From Octopus sinensis (lineage: Eukaryota): a stretch of 64,000 nt of DNA. The notes below the pieces were generated by a model. That model saw nothing but the letters and a program-made list of their open reading frames with translations. It searched no databases and was not told where the DNA came from. The translations under genes were made by a program, and so were the position numbers. This document shows, in pieces, positions 12,955 through 26,900 of this stretch. Each line of letters starts with the position of its first letter. Within the stretch, counting starts at the first letter, position 1. The stretch is from positions 6,448,001 to 6,512,000 of the forward strand of contig NC_043003.1 in NCBI RefSeq assembly GCF_006345805.1, read 5' to 3'.

Positions 12955-13112
12955 TGTTTTTGGAGTGGTTGACGTTAGGAAGGGCATCCAGCTGTAGAAA
13001 CACTGCCAGATCAGACTAGAGCCTGGTGCAGCCTCCATGGTTTCCAGACCCCGGTCGAACCGTCCAACCCATGCTAGCGTGGAAAACGGACGTTAAATGA
13101 TGATGATGATAA
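12955..13112 (-). mobile_element. (CAT)n-associated dispersed repeat (SINE or LINE 3' tail)
   Basis: Reverse complement matches 60705-60980 (CATCATCGTTTAACGTCCG...GCTGGATGCCCTTCCTAACGCCAACCACTCC). Confidence 0.75.
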
Positions 13113-13134
13113 TGATTTCATGGATGCAGAAGCA

Positions 13135-13392
13135 AGCAGTATTCCATTTAAGAAAGGCGGCGAGCTGGCAGAAACGTTAGCACAACAGGCAAAATGCTTA
13201 GCAGTATTTCGTCTGCCGCTACGTTCTGAGTTCAATTTCCGCCGAGGTCGACTTTGCTTTTCATCCTTTCGGGGTCGATTAAATAAGTACCAGTTACACA
13301 CTGGAGTCGATATAATCGACTTTATCCGTTTGTCTGACCTTGTTTGTCCTCTCTGTGTTTAGCCCCTTGTGGGTAGTAAAGAAATAGGTATT
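13135..13392 (+). mobile_element. SINE family A
   Basis: Near-consensus copy. Confidence 0.9.
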
Positions 13393-15256
13393 CCATTCAA
13401 GACTGTATAGAGTGATTTGAAGGATACCCGAGCAAGACTTCTAACACATTCAACAAAAGACACAAATTTTAATCTCGCACCCGTTATTGCTTTGACTCGC
13501 TGACGTATTTCAATGAAACCCATAAGTTCTGTATGACATGAACATTCTAGAAATAACCGAATGAATACCTCACCCCTATTTACGTAAACTTCCCATTCAC
13601 TGATAAGGTCAGTTTTCTCTGATAAAGCATCCCAAACCAAACGATTATTTTACACCGCTATATATGGTCAGGATCTCTTTAAACCCCCATCCACATCTAT
13701 AGTAACGCCATTGTTGGGCAGCATCACTCCCAGACATTTCTGGAATATTCTGAAGAATATTTTCTTGCGTTAATAATGTAAACTAAACTGTAACGAAGAT
13801 AAACACTTTATTGCAGTCTGTGTGTCGACGTTCGTTATTTGATTTCATTTGCTTCTATACAAAAGCATTATGTAATATACATATATAGACACACCTAATA
13901 CACAAATTTACAAACAGCTATATCCGTACAAACTCACAAGCAAATATATAGATAGAGTAAATTTAAGTACAGCCCTATAGTTTGCAGGAGTGGCTGTGTG
14001 GTAAGAAGCTTGCTTCCCAACCATGTGGTTCCGGGTTCAGTTCCTTGAGCAAGTTTCTTCTACTATAACCTCGAGTCGACCAAAGCCTTGCGAGTGGATT
14101 TGGTAGACGGAAACGGAAAGAAGCTCGTGGTACACACACACACACACATAAAACTATGCCGCTTTGCTCTGTCAGATGGTCCGGTACTCACTTTTACTTA
14201 ACATGTTTGTGTCTTGTTCGACAAAAGGTATCAACCTTCAGTTGTAATATCGACTCACACGTACATTACCTAAATGCGGTAGTTTTAACTCTGTCTCCTT
14301 ATTTAGTCTTCAATAACTATGAACTTTTTTTTTACTGTCTTAGGTCATTACGCCAATAATAATAACAATACACGCACTGGTTCAATATCACTTCTTTGTA
14401 AGCGAAATGGTTGAATATCGAACCAGCTAACTGATCGGTCGTTTGTTTAATGTGCTGGTTAAACGATCAATCGTTTGTTCGTCAGTCATTTCGTCGCGAC
14501 CTCTTCAATAATATGTTTCCTCTCTTTAAGGTCTAGCCTGAGTCACCTTGAAGAGAGAGAGAAGGTCCCAAAACACAAGATTTGTTTCACCACGCCATTT
14601 CACATTAAGAATCTTGCAAACCAAATCCCAAAAACTATAAACTATTTTCATTAAATTGCATGGTGTACGACACAAGATTCTTAACTGTAATGTTTGTCGT
14701 TTCAAGAATGTTGTTACAATAAATCAAATATTTGTATCTAAACGTAAATATAAAAGATGTGGGTTAAATAAAAATACACAAAACATTTGTGTAGCCATTG
14801 TCTTCACACGCAGCTTATTGTGAAACAACCAAAGAAGAGTTAATGACTTCCAACCGACACTAAACGTATATCGCTCGTTTAACACTGATCAACAATAGTC
14901 TTTCGTCGGAGGTTCCTCCCCCCCTCCTATCACCACCACCACCAGTTTAATGACAAAGTCAGCAGTCTCACAGAGAAGAGGAGGGAGAGAAGAGGAGCTG
15001 TCACAGCATTTGTGAAATGTTTGAAACTGGAAGTCTTTAAACAAAACGGTTGACGAGTTGTTTATGACAACAATCCCAAATATTTTTCAGAATTTTAAAG
15101 ACAGGGTCTTACTAAACAATCTCACCCCACCCACCCACCATGACAACCACCACCACCACCACCACGAAGTAAAAGCTTCACACACACACATTCTCAGAAC
15201 TCTCAACCTCATAACTGATTAATTCAATGACGCCATCAGCATGAAAAACAATAGTT

Positions 15257-15668
15257 GGATCTTTTCGGTTTGACCAGCAGTTTTTTCTAGCGGTGTCATA
15301 TGAAATTGTCACTCATAATTATGACCCTAGTATCGATCTATTGCACTTCAATCTGTTTTAGGGTTAGGGGTGGGGGGAAGGGTATCTTTTTTTCTTCACA
15401 AATGTAAATAAATCCAATCTGTATCTTAAACGAGGGACATATTCATACGGCACAGAATGTTTTCACCTCAATAGACGTCATTGATTGGTTGAAATTGCAG
15501 AAATTGAAGAAAAAAAAACAACAAATATCTTACAAACCATAGAATTTTCTCAATAAAGCCAAGAGAAAAAGATGTTTTATAAACACATTCTACCAGTATA
15601 CGAAGTTTAAAAGTGTTTAGTTACGGGGAAATTATTTTAAAAAACTGCCGGTCAAACCGAAAAGATCC
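15257..15668 (+). mobile_element. GG-terminated MITE (Merlin-like), standard ~410-bp form
   Basis: TIR GGATCTTTTCGGTTTGACC(A/G)GCAGTTTTT / AAAAACTGCCGGTCAAACCGAAAAGATCC. Perfect TSD CAATAGTT at 15249-15256 and 15669-15676. Confidence 0.9.
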
Positions 15669-15899
15669 CAATAGTTAAGTCAGTGTTGCTATGGAGAGCA
15701 TTACAAGATCTGTATTATCTAAACAAATGTATTATTCGTGATTTTCTAATCAAATCAAACTCTGCCGTCTTAAAGTTAGGAAAGACCCATCAATAATGCA
15801 GTCCAAAATACATAATGGTAACATCTAGAATTGCTCTGATTACAGGTCAGCTCTATCAGTGATTATTTTAAGCCAAGGAATCACAAAAGCTCAACAATA

Positions 15900-16062
15900 G
15901 GCGCAGGAGTGGCTGTGTGGTAAGTAGCTCGCTAACCAACCACATGATTCCGGGTTCAGTCCCACTGCGTGGCATCTTGGGAAAGTGTCTTTTGCTACAG
16001 CCCCGGGCCGACCAATGCCTTGTGAGTGGATTTGGTTGACGGAAACTGAAAGAAGCCTGTCG

Positions 16063-16112
<50 letters not shown>

Positions 16113-16310
16113 TGTGTCTGTCCCCCTAGCATTGCTTGACAACCGATGCTGGTGTATTTACGTCACTTAGCGGTTCGGCAAAAGAAACCGATAGAATAAT
16201 TACTGGGCTTACAAAGAATAAGTCCCGGGGCCGATTTGCTCGACTAAAGACGGTGCTCCAGCATGGCCGCAATCAAATGACTAAAACAAGTAAAAGAGTA
16301 AAAGAGTAAC
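15900..16310 (+). mobile_element. tRNA-headed SINE family B with internal (TA)n(TG)n
   Basis: GGCGCAGGAGTGGCTGTGTGGTAAGTAGC...GGTTCAGTCCCACTGCGTGGC head and (AAAAGAGT)n tail. Further copies at ~17870-18347, 42605-43020, 44575-44897(-), 45262-45682. Confidence 0.9.
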
Positions 16311-16552
16311 CAGCCATGTTGACCTTCACATCTTAATGTTTTAGTTTGATTAACCCCTACCTTCAAAATAACTCAAAAAGATTAGTATAAGCTCCGCTGA
16401 TCGGATTAACAAAGTTTAACCTTTATAACCATAAGATTTCTAAATTCTTTCTTAAGCACTGGATTGCGGCCACGCTGGGAGCATGCAATCAAGGGGATTT
16501 TTTAAACTTTTATTTATCTATCGATTTATTTGTTTTTTGTTGATTATATCGA

Positions 16553-16785
16553 AGGCGGCGAGTTGGCAGAAACGTTAGCACGCCGGGCGAAATGCGTAGC
16601 TGTATTTCGTCTGCCGTTACGTTCTGAGTTCAAATTCCGCTGAGGTCGACTTTGTCTTTCATCCTTTCGGGGTCGATAAATTAAGTACCAGTTACGCACT
16701 GAGGTCGATATAATCGACTTAATCCCTTTGTCTGTCTTTGTTTGTCCCCTCTGTGTTTAGCCCCTTGTGGGCAATAAAGAAATAT
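16553..16785 (+). mobile_element. SINE family A
   Basis: Near-consensus copy. Confidence 0.9.
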
Positions 16786-17808
16786 ATATCAAATGTGGCC
16801 CGCTGCATCTTTCGGACTTGGTGTATTGAATTATGTTTAATGTATGGAATTCGGTTCTCAACAAATTGAGCCGCCAGCGTTGCGAAATTCACCAATAGTA
16901 AAAATATTATAACAGGGGGGAGAGAAAGGGAGAGAAAGACAGAGGGAGGGGAGATCAGCTTGAGAAGATGGAGATACACTGCTAATTATATTAATGTGTG
17001 TGTATGTCTGAAGGAATATGACATAGTGGCTTGGGTATAAAGCTTGCGGTCATTAGATCGCGGTTTCGATTCTAGATTTGGGTAGCATGTTGTGCCCTTC
17101 AGAAAGGAATTTTATTTAACTATGCTTAATTCGCATTCACTACCAGCTGTAGCTGGGGCGGGAGTTGACCTTGTAGTGGTAGGAGTAATACTGAGAGAAA
17201 AGATGGTGGGGGGGATTATATGGATTCGGTGGTTGACGTTGTTTAGTTCAAGATAAATGATTATAAAGAACAATAACGAGAAGTAATCCAGCCGCGACCA
17301 TCACGTGTTTATAGGTGCTTACGACATTATTGAATGTATCCCTAAATACTTCCTTATTTAAGAGAGATGGATGTCAGGTGAAGTAGAATTAGCTGCTATT
17401 TCTAGCCACTTGAAGACCTACGCAGGAGGCTCTCTCTCCAGGTTCTCAATAGAGTGTAACCAAGTATGGAAGACCGGAATAGACACAAAGAGAAAAGTTC
17501 AGTCAACCAAACTACTGACTCATCGTTTTCAATTGATGGTGGTGTTTTATTTTTGTTTTAACACGTTGCCAAGTTGGCTTTTTCACGTTTACATTATATA
17601 TCACGTGATCGACCAAGACTCTCGGATACTGTTATACATCGCTGATCACAATGCGTTTTGCATCGTTTTCGAATGCTGCCACTTCGCTGGCTAAGTAAGC
17701 AAGTTATATATACTTGTACATCTATATATAGCTTAGGTAAACCTACTCATATTTACCTAACTATTGTATATATATATCTATATATAACACATGTACCACT
17801 CTACCTAG

Positions 17809-17868
<60 letters not shown>

Positions 17869-17869
17869 T

Positions 17870-18056
17870 TCGCTGTGGCTGTGTGGTAAGTAGCTTGCTA
17901 ACCAACCACATGGTTCCGGGTTCAGTCCTACTGCGTGGCATCTTAGGCAAGTGTCTTCTGCTATAGCCCCGGGCCGACCAAAGCCTTGTGATGGATTTGG
18001 TAGACGGAAACTGAAAGAAGCCTGTCGTATATATGTGTATATATATATATTATATA

Positions 18057-18120
<64 letters not shown>

Positions 18121-18347
18121 GTGTGTGTGTGTGTGTGTTGTGTGTCTGTGTTTGTTCCTCCTAGCATTGCTTGACAACCGATGCTGGTGTGTTTACGTCC
18201 CCGTCACTTAGCGGTTCGGCAAAAAGAGTCCGATAGAATAAGTACTGGGTGGGCTTACAAAAGAATAAGTCCCGGGGTCGATTTGCTCGACTAAAGGCGG
18301 TGCTCCAGCATGGCCGCAGTCAAATGACTGAAACAAGTAAAAGAGTA
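17870..18347 (+). mobile_element. SINE family B
   Basis: Matches 15900-16310. Confidence 0.9.
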
Positions 18348-18751
18348 ATATATCAGAAAACACATCAATAATCTGCAGAATTCCATAGAATTAGAAACGG
18401 TTAAAGATGGCAGCAATATGTATAACAGAGTACAAAGTCAACCGTAACCTTGTTTTCTGGAGAGATGGCAATACATCGGATGGACTGGAACTGAAATGCA
18501 AAGAGCTAGCCTCCATATACACCGTGGTCACACTGTTTCTACCTGAAGTTTTATGTTAAAAGTACAAGTGGAGTCTGGAATATACTCAACAATGAGTTCT
18601 GTGAGCGAATAACCCCAACACGCAACGTTGGACAGGACGGACATCCACTAAATTTATTGACCCTCGAGTGAAGTACCCACAGTTGGACACAGCTTCAATA
18701 CTTAGGAGAGTGTTGTTGCTACACATACACCCATCTTTAGGCATCAACAGG

Positions 18752-19100
18752 AGGAGGCGCAATGGCCCAATGGTTAGGGCAGCGGACTCGCGGTTGGAGG
18801 ATTGCGGTTTCGATTCCCAGACCGGGCCTTGTGTGTTTATTGAGCGAAAACACCTAAAAGCTCCACGAGGCTGTGGCAGGGGGGTGGCGACCCCTGCTGT
18901 ACTCTCTTTGCGCCCCACTTTCTCTCACTCTTTCTTCCTCCTGTTTCTTGTCCCGACTCCTACGCAACCGCTGAGAGCCTGGATGCGCATTCAATCCATC
19001 TGTTGATGCTCTCGGTGTCGGGGGTTGACCTGCTTTCTCTTCTGCGGGTCTTACGAATAGCAAAGGACCACGTTTCGGACTTCTCCCATCTTGCGAGCTC
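18752..19100 (+). mobile_element. tRNA-headed SINE family C
   Basis: GGAGGCGCAATGGCCCAATGGTTAGGGCAGCGGACTCGCG...GGTTTCGATTCCCAGACCGGG head; second copy at 57298-57600. Confidence 0.85.
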
Positions 19101-19984
19101 TGGGTCGAAGACCGCTTCGCTCAACAAACAAACAAGCATCGATAGGAGGAAGGAACAATTTTCTAATTACCCAGAGGTCGCTTACAAACAAGATCCAACA
19201 GACGGCACTGTCTCTTCCTCCTCGGAGCTATCTAATCTCATGCCACCACCTAAACCCTCCCGTTTTTTTCCTTTTACCCATAGTATCTACAACACCACCA
19301 ACACTACCACCGCCATCGGTTCACCAAACGTCTGCCTCTTGAAATCCCTTCCCTGCCCATCTACTTATTCTTCCTGTACCTTTTAGCTTGCAGCCGCTCA
19401 ATACGGATACCACCTGACTCAGAGGATTTCATGAAGGCCGAGAAATAACGATGTATTAACACTCATATATATATATATATAGAGAGAGAGAGACAGCTTG
19501 ATAAGTTAGGGTTAGCATGGGGCATTAAAAAGCTAAGTAGAAATAATTACAACTTGAGAAGAACGTATATCCATGTAGCCACGAATAGATACCAGTCCCC
19601 GTCTCATGGTGACTGTCTCTATCCGTGACTATATAGGTCCCTAAGCAAATAGACAGAAGCATGGAACAAGCTATCACCTCGTACTAGCTTGAGTGATGGC
19701 TAGACATGGGATATAACTCTAAACATGTTTCAGTCTGATGAATTCATCAGCGAAGCATCGGTGCTTGTTAAAGTAAGATGCGAGAATCGCTAATGTAAAA
19801 TGTATGGGAATGTATAATGGTCGGTAGAAGACTTACAATGCTTAAAAGAAATAAGCGTATACACATAATTGAGTATGAAACAGTTTTAATTAATAAATAA
19901 ATCACAGAATTTAATTACGAAATCTGAATAAGCTGGAGACTGAAGACCAAACATTCTGGTATTATAATTTTTTTTTTTTTTTTT

Positions 19985-20208
19985 TTTTACTAATCACAAG
20001 GGGCCAAATACAGAGGGGACAAACAACGACAGACAAAGGGGTTAAGTCGATTACATCGACTCTAGTGCGTAACTGGTACTTAATTTATCGACCCCGAAAG
20101 GATGATAGGCAAAGTCGACCTCGGCGGAATTTGAACTCAGAACGTAACGGCAGACGAAATACAGCTACGCATTTCGCCCGGCGGGCTAACGATTCTGCCA
20201 GCTCGCCG
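19985..20208 (-). mobile_element. SINE family A
   Basis: Near-consensus copy. Confidence 0.9.
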
Positions 20209-20759
20209 AGGACAGTTATTCACACACACACACACACACATATATATATACACATACACACTTTAAAGGTGATGTCTGACGTGAGAGAGAGAGAGAATAG
20301 GGGAGAGGGGAGAGACTGTGTGTGTGTGTGTGTGTGAATAGCTGTATCCTTCTCATCACCCTGTATTCTGTAAGTAGGACGTTATTTTTTGGTATAACAA
20401 AAATGCCGAATACACCGCCCTACATTTAAAGTACAGTGATGGGATGAGGGAGGTGCAACGCAGATGTGTAACAGGTGACACACACCTACACACACACACA
20501 CAAAACATGCATAAAATATACATACACACACACACTGGCAGAGATTCAACACAGTCGCATGCCATGCTAGAAATAGCAGTCAAGTCATACACCCACTGCC
20601 TTGAAAAAAAAAAGAGAGAGAGAAAAAGATGCTACCCAAAGCAACGGGATGGTCATGGCTGGAAGGAAAATTGGTCAGTTACATAAGCGGTGGCCTGGGA
20701 CTAAACAACAACCAGACAGACAGGAGCATGGAGAGAGAGAGAGAGAGAGAACAGCAGAC

Positions 20760-21000
20760 CGGTTGAGCAACGTGAAGAACGAACGATTCAGTCCTGAGAA
20801 TATTTTTGCGCCAAAACCTTTAGTGTCCACATCATGAAGGGCTGGGTAGAATGCAAATAGGGGTCGTGAGTCGACAAACACGAGAATGGAATGGTAACAT
20901 CGAAGACTGGACGGGGAGAAGGACATTGGTGGGGGTGTAGAGACGGCTGCAGGACCAGACCATCACAGTGTGTGGTGAAGAATGGTGTTTGCAGAGGTCA
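20760..21000 (+). mobile_element. degenerate RTE-type LINE 3' fragment
   Basis: Frameshifted pieces LSNVK...TIMKGWVE..RGRQTREWNGNIEDWTG resemble the RTE C-terminal ..G.V.G.R.RGRQ...W.DNI.EWTG motif. Confidence 0.55.
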
Positions 21001-21009
21001 TCCGTCCTC

Positions 21010-21419
21010 GGATCTTTTCGGTTTGACCGGCAGTTTTTTCTAGCGGTGTCATATGAAATTGTCACCCACAATTATGACCCTAGTATCGATCTATTGCATT
21101 TCAATCTGTTTTAGGGTTAGGAGTGGGGGGAGGGTATCTTTTTTTTTTCTTCAGAAATGTAAATAAACCCAATCTGTTTCTTAAACGAGGGACATATTCA
21201 TACGGCAGAGAATCTTTTTTTTTACCTCAATAGACGTCATTGATTGGTTGAAATTGCAGAAATTGAAGAAAAAAAATATCTTACAAACCATAGAATTTTC
21301 TCAATAAAGCCAAGAGAAAAAGATGTTTTATAAACACATTCTACCAGTATACGAAGTTTAAAATTTTTTAGTTACGTGGAAATTATTTTTAAAAACTGCC
21401 GGTCAAACCGAAAAGATAC
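21010..21419 (+). mobile_element. GG-terminated MITE (Merlin-like)
   Basis: Same family as 15257-15668. TSD CCGTCCTC at 21002-21009 and 21420-21427. Confidence 0.9.
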
Positions 21420-22397
21420 CCGTCCTCAGCCACAAATACCATAGTGTGTGTTTGTGTGTGGTTTTGTATATATCTTTTACAGTTTACTTGTTACAGTGAT
21501 TGGACTGAGGCCATATAATAAATGTATGTTTTATGTTTAACGACCTAAAATGTAGTTTTATGTTAAAAGGCATTATCGATAAAAAGTGTAGATCAATAAA
21601 ATATTTATCAGACAGAAATAAACAGTGAATCAATACAATCGCAAATAAAATCCTTTGAATGTGGTGCTCCAGCATGGCAACTATCCAATGACTGAATAAA
21701 GTGTGTGTGTGTGGTGTGTGTGTGCACGCGCACATATCTATCCATATTTATATATTAGCATCAATACATATTTATTCATATTAATTAGAAGTTGTCTTTG
21801 TGACGATTATAAATTTGCACAGCCAGTTAACTTGGATGTGTATGTTTGAACGGTGTAGACTGCGGTAATCGTCCTCAGAAACCATCTCGGTATAGAATTT
21901 AGGTGTTAAAAAACACTGATTATGTCGGTTGATGAATACCAGTCGAATCTCACAATCAACCATGTCCAAAATTCCAGTAACTTTCCAGGTGCTAATATCG
22001 CAAATAGCCAGCAGGCTTTAAAAAAATGATAGTAATTATTAGTGAAAGCGGACGGCTGTTACTGATGAGATGCAGCACGTTGAAATAACGTGATCTAGCT
22101 CTTCTGGCGCTCATAGCAGACGATTCTCGCTTGCCAACGACATGAACATGTGCTTTCATGCACCATGCGTCCATACGAAAGGTCGCCTCAACATTTAATA
22201 CCACAGCATTCGAGGACCTAACAAAACATCCACGTTAAAGTTGGATATAAAGATTGAATTTAGTTATCATTACTGCCTCTGTTGCTAATTATTGTACATT
22301 TCATTACACACACACACACACACACATTCAATAAATCACACAAACTACAAAATTTCTATGTTAGTCACAATAAAATACTCGAATGATTGCCAAGATA

Positions 22398-22765
22398 TCT
22401 CTATATATAAACGGCAAAATGTCTGTCTGTGTGTGTGTGTCCTTTATACAAATCCACAATTTTTCAGTTAGAGGGCTCACACTTTCTATGGTCATTCAAA
22501 ACTGTCCAAGGGTGGTCGTGCACATCTTTACATTTCCCCAGTCATCCGGCAAATCCACTAAAAAATCAATAGAAGTGACTTTTTTGTGAATTTTCTATCC
22601 AAAACCCAATCAAAATGCCCGAAACTTGATACGCCAATTGAATGCCAGCTAGCTGTATGTGATTGGTTGGAGATTTGGACAGTACTCGTGTGTATGTGCG
22701 CACGCACGCAGCTGTATATGCATGCACTAGCACGATGACCCGGCGTTGCCGGGTCATAGTGCTAG
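22398..22765 (+). mobile_element. non-autonomous Helitron (family H2)
   Basis: 5' TCTCTATATATAAACGGC; 3' hairpin GACCCGGCGTTGCCGGGTC then CTAG; inserted between A and T with no TSD. Confidence 0.8.
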
Positions 22766-23504
22766 TTTAATGTTATTTCTCCACAGAAGTAATCTGACTG
22801 AACAACACATTGGGTAAAGCCAGTATCTCTTTTGGCTGTTTTCGCTCTGAGTTCAAATCCCGCTCAGGTATATCTTTGCCATTTATACTTTAAGGGCCCA
22901 TAAAATAAGAACTAGGCAGATACTGGAACCGATATATATAATCGATTATCCCACTTCCCCTTTGTATCTAAATTAAAGGCAATTATTCAGTATACAATTA
23001 TAACTTGTGCAGATCTTTACCGACAGGTTGTCCAGTTTGACAAATTCTAGGTGTTGATGCTTGTGGTAAAAATATAAGAGATGGCGAGAGGAATTCCAGT
23101 GGGATGTAATTCTAGAAATGAAGGATTATATTTCTGACCCTCTCCTCCCTCTCTCTCTCTCGCACACACACACGGATTCAGATAGGTGAAACAGAAACGA
23201 TGTGGAGAGAAGGAATGGTAGGTTTAGACAGTGTAGAGTTAAGCTATTCCCGTAGTTTGGGATTTGATTCCACTTCGTGGAACACAAAGTTAGGAGACAG
23301 GCTTCACAGCCTCGCGTCAACCAGTGTGTGAGTGACATTCGCTGGCCTGAAATTGTCTGAGAGTCCGTCAGTACTGGACAAGATCTGTCGTTCGGGTTAA
23401 CACCACAATCGAATCATTGGATAACTTAGTGGGCCTTAATGGAGACCCACTGTGTTGTAAGCACTTGGGCCTAGTCTCACGTGAGAAGATAACAATTCCT
23501 TCCT

Positions 23505-23916
23505 ATTTCTTTATTACCCACAAGGGGCTAAACACAGAGAGGACAAACAAGGACAGACAAACTGATTAAGTCGATTATATCGACCCCAGTGCGTAACTGG
23601 TACTTATTCAATCGACCCCGAAAGGATGAAAGGCAAGGTCGACCTCGGCGGAATTTGAACTCAGAACTCAGCGGCAGACGAAATACATATTTCTTCCTAC
23701 CCACAAGGGGCTAAACACAGAGGGGACAAACAAGGACAGACAAACGGTTTAAGTCGATTATATCGATCCCAGTGCGTAACAGGTACTTATTCAATCGACC
23801 CCGAAAGGATGAAGGCAAAGTCGACCTCGGCGGAATTTGAACTCAGAACGCACGGCAGACGAAATACCGCTAGGCATTTCGACCGACGTGCTAACGTTTC
23901 TGCCAGCTCGCCGCCT
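23505..23916 (-). mobile_element. SINE family A dimer
   Basis: One head plus two ~184-bp body units joined at AAGAAAT(A/AGG)-TATTTCGTCTGCCG. Confidence 0.9.
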
Positions 23917-26900
23917 AAATTCCTTCCTACCCCTACATAAGACCCTGGAAAGGGTTATGGGTGAGGCCTATTCTTTTAAAAAAGAGAATATGACAGAGAG
24001 GTGAGCAGTGGGATTTGATTTGAGGCAGTTTTTTCTTTTCTTTTTCTTTTTAAAGCAAGTAGAGAATCCTCCACTGACTAAGTATATTAATGTTTCTGAA
24101 AATGTGCCACTGAAAATTAGGGTTAGGGCCGAATAATTATGTATTTGGGTCTTTGTCCTCTCAGTGAAAATAACCACAAAAAATATGTTTATGTCCGGGA
24201 AAATAAACGTGAAAGATTGTTTCAAGGTCAAATTAAATAACTTTGGTTAATGAGAATTTCTCAGAGGTTGTTATTGTTGTTTAACACTAGGTCAGAGTTC
24301 ACTGAAAAAAAACTAAAATCAAATACTTTTCGTTCGTCTCTGGCATAGTATATCTCGGACAACAGAACCCAGTGTGTAAATACGAGAGAAATATAACTGC
24401 GATTTCTACAGGCCAAACGACCACGTAGATGTCCCATACGAAATTACAGTTGCTCCTATTGTTGTTCAACTCCAGATGATCCCTCATCAAACGTGCCCCA
24501 GGGGCGACCAACCTGTTTTTTGTATATCTATATAGATACAGAACGTTAGCACGCCGGACGAAATGCTCAGCGGTATTTCGTCAGCCGCTACGTTCTGAGT
24601 TCAAATTCCGCCGAGGTCGACTTTGCCTTTCATCCTTTCGGGGTCGATTAAATAAGTACCAGTTACGCACTGGGGTCGATGTAATCGACTTAATCCGTTT
24701 GTCTGTCCTTGTTTGTCCCCTCTATGTTTAGTCCCTTCTGGGCAGTAAAGAAATATATATATAGATACAACCACACATGACCCAAGAATGAGAGAGTGTG
24801 GGGAGAGTGGCACCATTAGCACTAACTGGAGTGGCACTTGTTTTGAGTTGAGTAGGCTGGAGCAGCATGAAAAGAAGAGACTTGCTCAAGGACTACGTCA
24901 CAGTCGTGACAATAATGGAGCAACGAACTGAAGGGTTTATTATTATTATTATTATTGTTGTTGTTGTTATTAAGGTGGCGAGCTGGCAGAATCGTTAACA
25001 TGCCGTGTAAAATGCTTAGCGGCATTTCGTCCGCCTTACGTTCTGAGTTCAAATTCCACCGAGGTGGATTTTGCCCCTCATCCTAACGGAGTCAATGAAA
25101 TTAGGGCGGAGTTTCGGATTAGGACGCCCCACACAAGTTGGATCAACTCCGTTTTGTGTGGGCGTCCTGATCCGAAACTCCGCCGATAGGCGATGACAAG
25201 AACAAACAAAGACACACAAACACGCACACACATTATTATATACGATGGACTTCGACACAATTCCCGCCTATAAACTTTGCCCACAAGGCATTGGTCAACT
25301 CGGGACTAAAGTACAAGATGTTTACCCAAGGTGCCGCGCAGTGGGATTTAACTAGGAACCTACAATTTCAAAGCAAGCTTCTTTTTTTTGTTTTAATCCC
25401 GAACCCACGCCTGCATATTTGGGTTTTTTGGTAGGGTAGATATTCTAACTTCCAGTTAAATTGCTGAATAAGTTTAATACTCAATTTAGTCCAACATCAA
25501 TATCGCCATTCATCAATCGTGAGTGAATCAAGTCGTTTATAAAATCATCGGAAAAAATATTAACTCACGGGTCACCACAGACAACACTTACGTTGCTATC
25601 CAAAATATAACCACATATATACACACACTGAAATGGAAAAATCAACAAAGCTATTCGCCGGCGCCGCCAAACGAAATTCTCGAAACTAATGGGATTATTG
25701 AAAGTGAAAGCAAATATAAAACTGGAGGATGGACGGAAGCCAGAACAAATATAATCAAATACCCCTCGTCCTACTCTGAGGTTAGTAAAGTAGGCAATAA
25801 TTGATCCTATCCCACACCAAAGTGGGGTGGATCCATATGGTTAACGGACGATATCCCCACTACCTCAATAAATTTTCATTCGTCTTTATCGATTTCGTTA
25901 GGGATTTTCATTAAATTTCTTAAAATATTTCTTATTGAAAAGTCGTGATAAGCCAAAAGAACGGAGAAATTGTTTCAAAATCAATGTTTTTATTGATTAT
26001 ACTTTTTAGCTATTTTTTTTTTTCAAATTTACATGATGGCGGTCGATGTCATAAACGGATCCCTGTACTAACATCCCAACCAAACAGCCGACATAAAAGC
26101 AGAACGATCAGGTATTTACCTCTGTGTTTGAGAACTCAATAATAGCCAGGCATTCAAACAAGGGAGGCATTGAAACAACATGATAATCGTTAGAGCTTCG
26201 GAGGGAATGTTTTGCGATATCTAAGCTCCTTCCTGAATTCCGAGTTCAAATCCTGCCGAAGTCAACTAACTTTCGACCATCGGATATGAAGGCCTTCCAG
26301 CATTTGTTTTGGCTTTTTGCTTTCTCACTTCATATCCTACCATGGTTTAATATATGGCTTATCTGCTGCCCGGTTTAACACCCTCACCTGGGGTACTTTT
26401 AACGGAGTTCACTCTTCTGCAAGTATTTGGCGGACACTTTCCTTCCCCTTCCCTCACGTCTCTGAGGCACTGTTAAGACCATCACCCTCATCATCAATCC
26501 AACTACCTAAACTTCATTTATTCTTTGATCCCTATTTCTTCATCGTCCTTCTTCGGATGTAAAGTCCGTGTAGTGGTGAGGGTGCGGTGGTGTTGTGTTA
26601 AAGTTGTTTTAGCCCTGGGTTCATGCTGATTCAAAATTCTGTACAGAGGGAGAAATCTCTAGGACGACATGTGGATCATTCCTTCACAATGGTGCTGAGA
26701 TTTGACTGCTATTTTTAGCATATTTAGTGACCACGTATGTATATACGAAACATCTAGAGATAGACACGAATGTATCTTTAGGGAATTGCGCGCGAGCGTG
26801 TGCATGCATATATATATAGGCGATCTTTCCGAAAGGTCTACTAGAGACGAAAGATTGCCTATATGGCTTACTTGCACGTATATATATAAACACACACATC

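Noticed and set aside
13359-13640. 93-aa minus-strand ORF of ordinary composition as a possible host exon
   Set aside because: No recognisable motif, it runs into a SINE, and I could not identify convincing splice sites. A BLASTX or RNA-seq hit would reverse this.
19700-19760. Hammerhead at CTGATGAATTCATCAG (also ~22060 and ~63915)
   Set aside because: Core words are present but stems I and II cannot both be formed convincingly.
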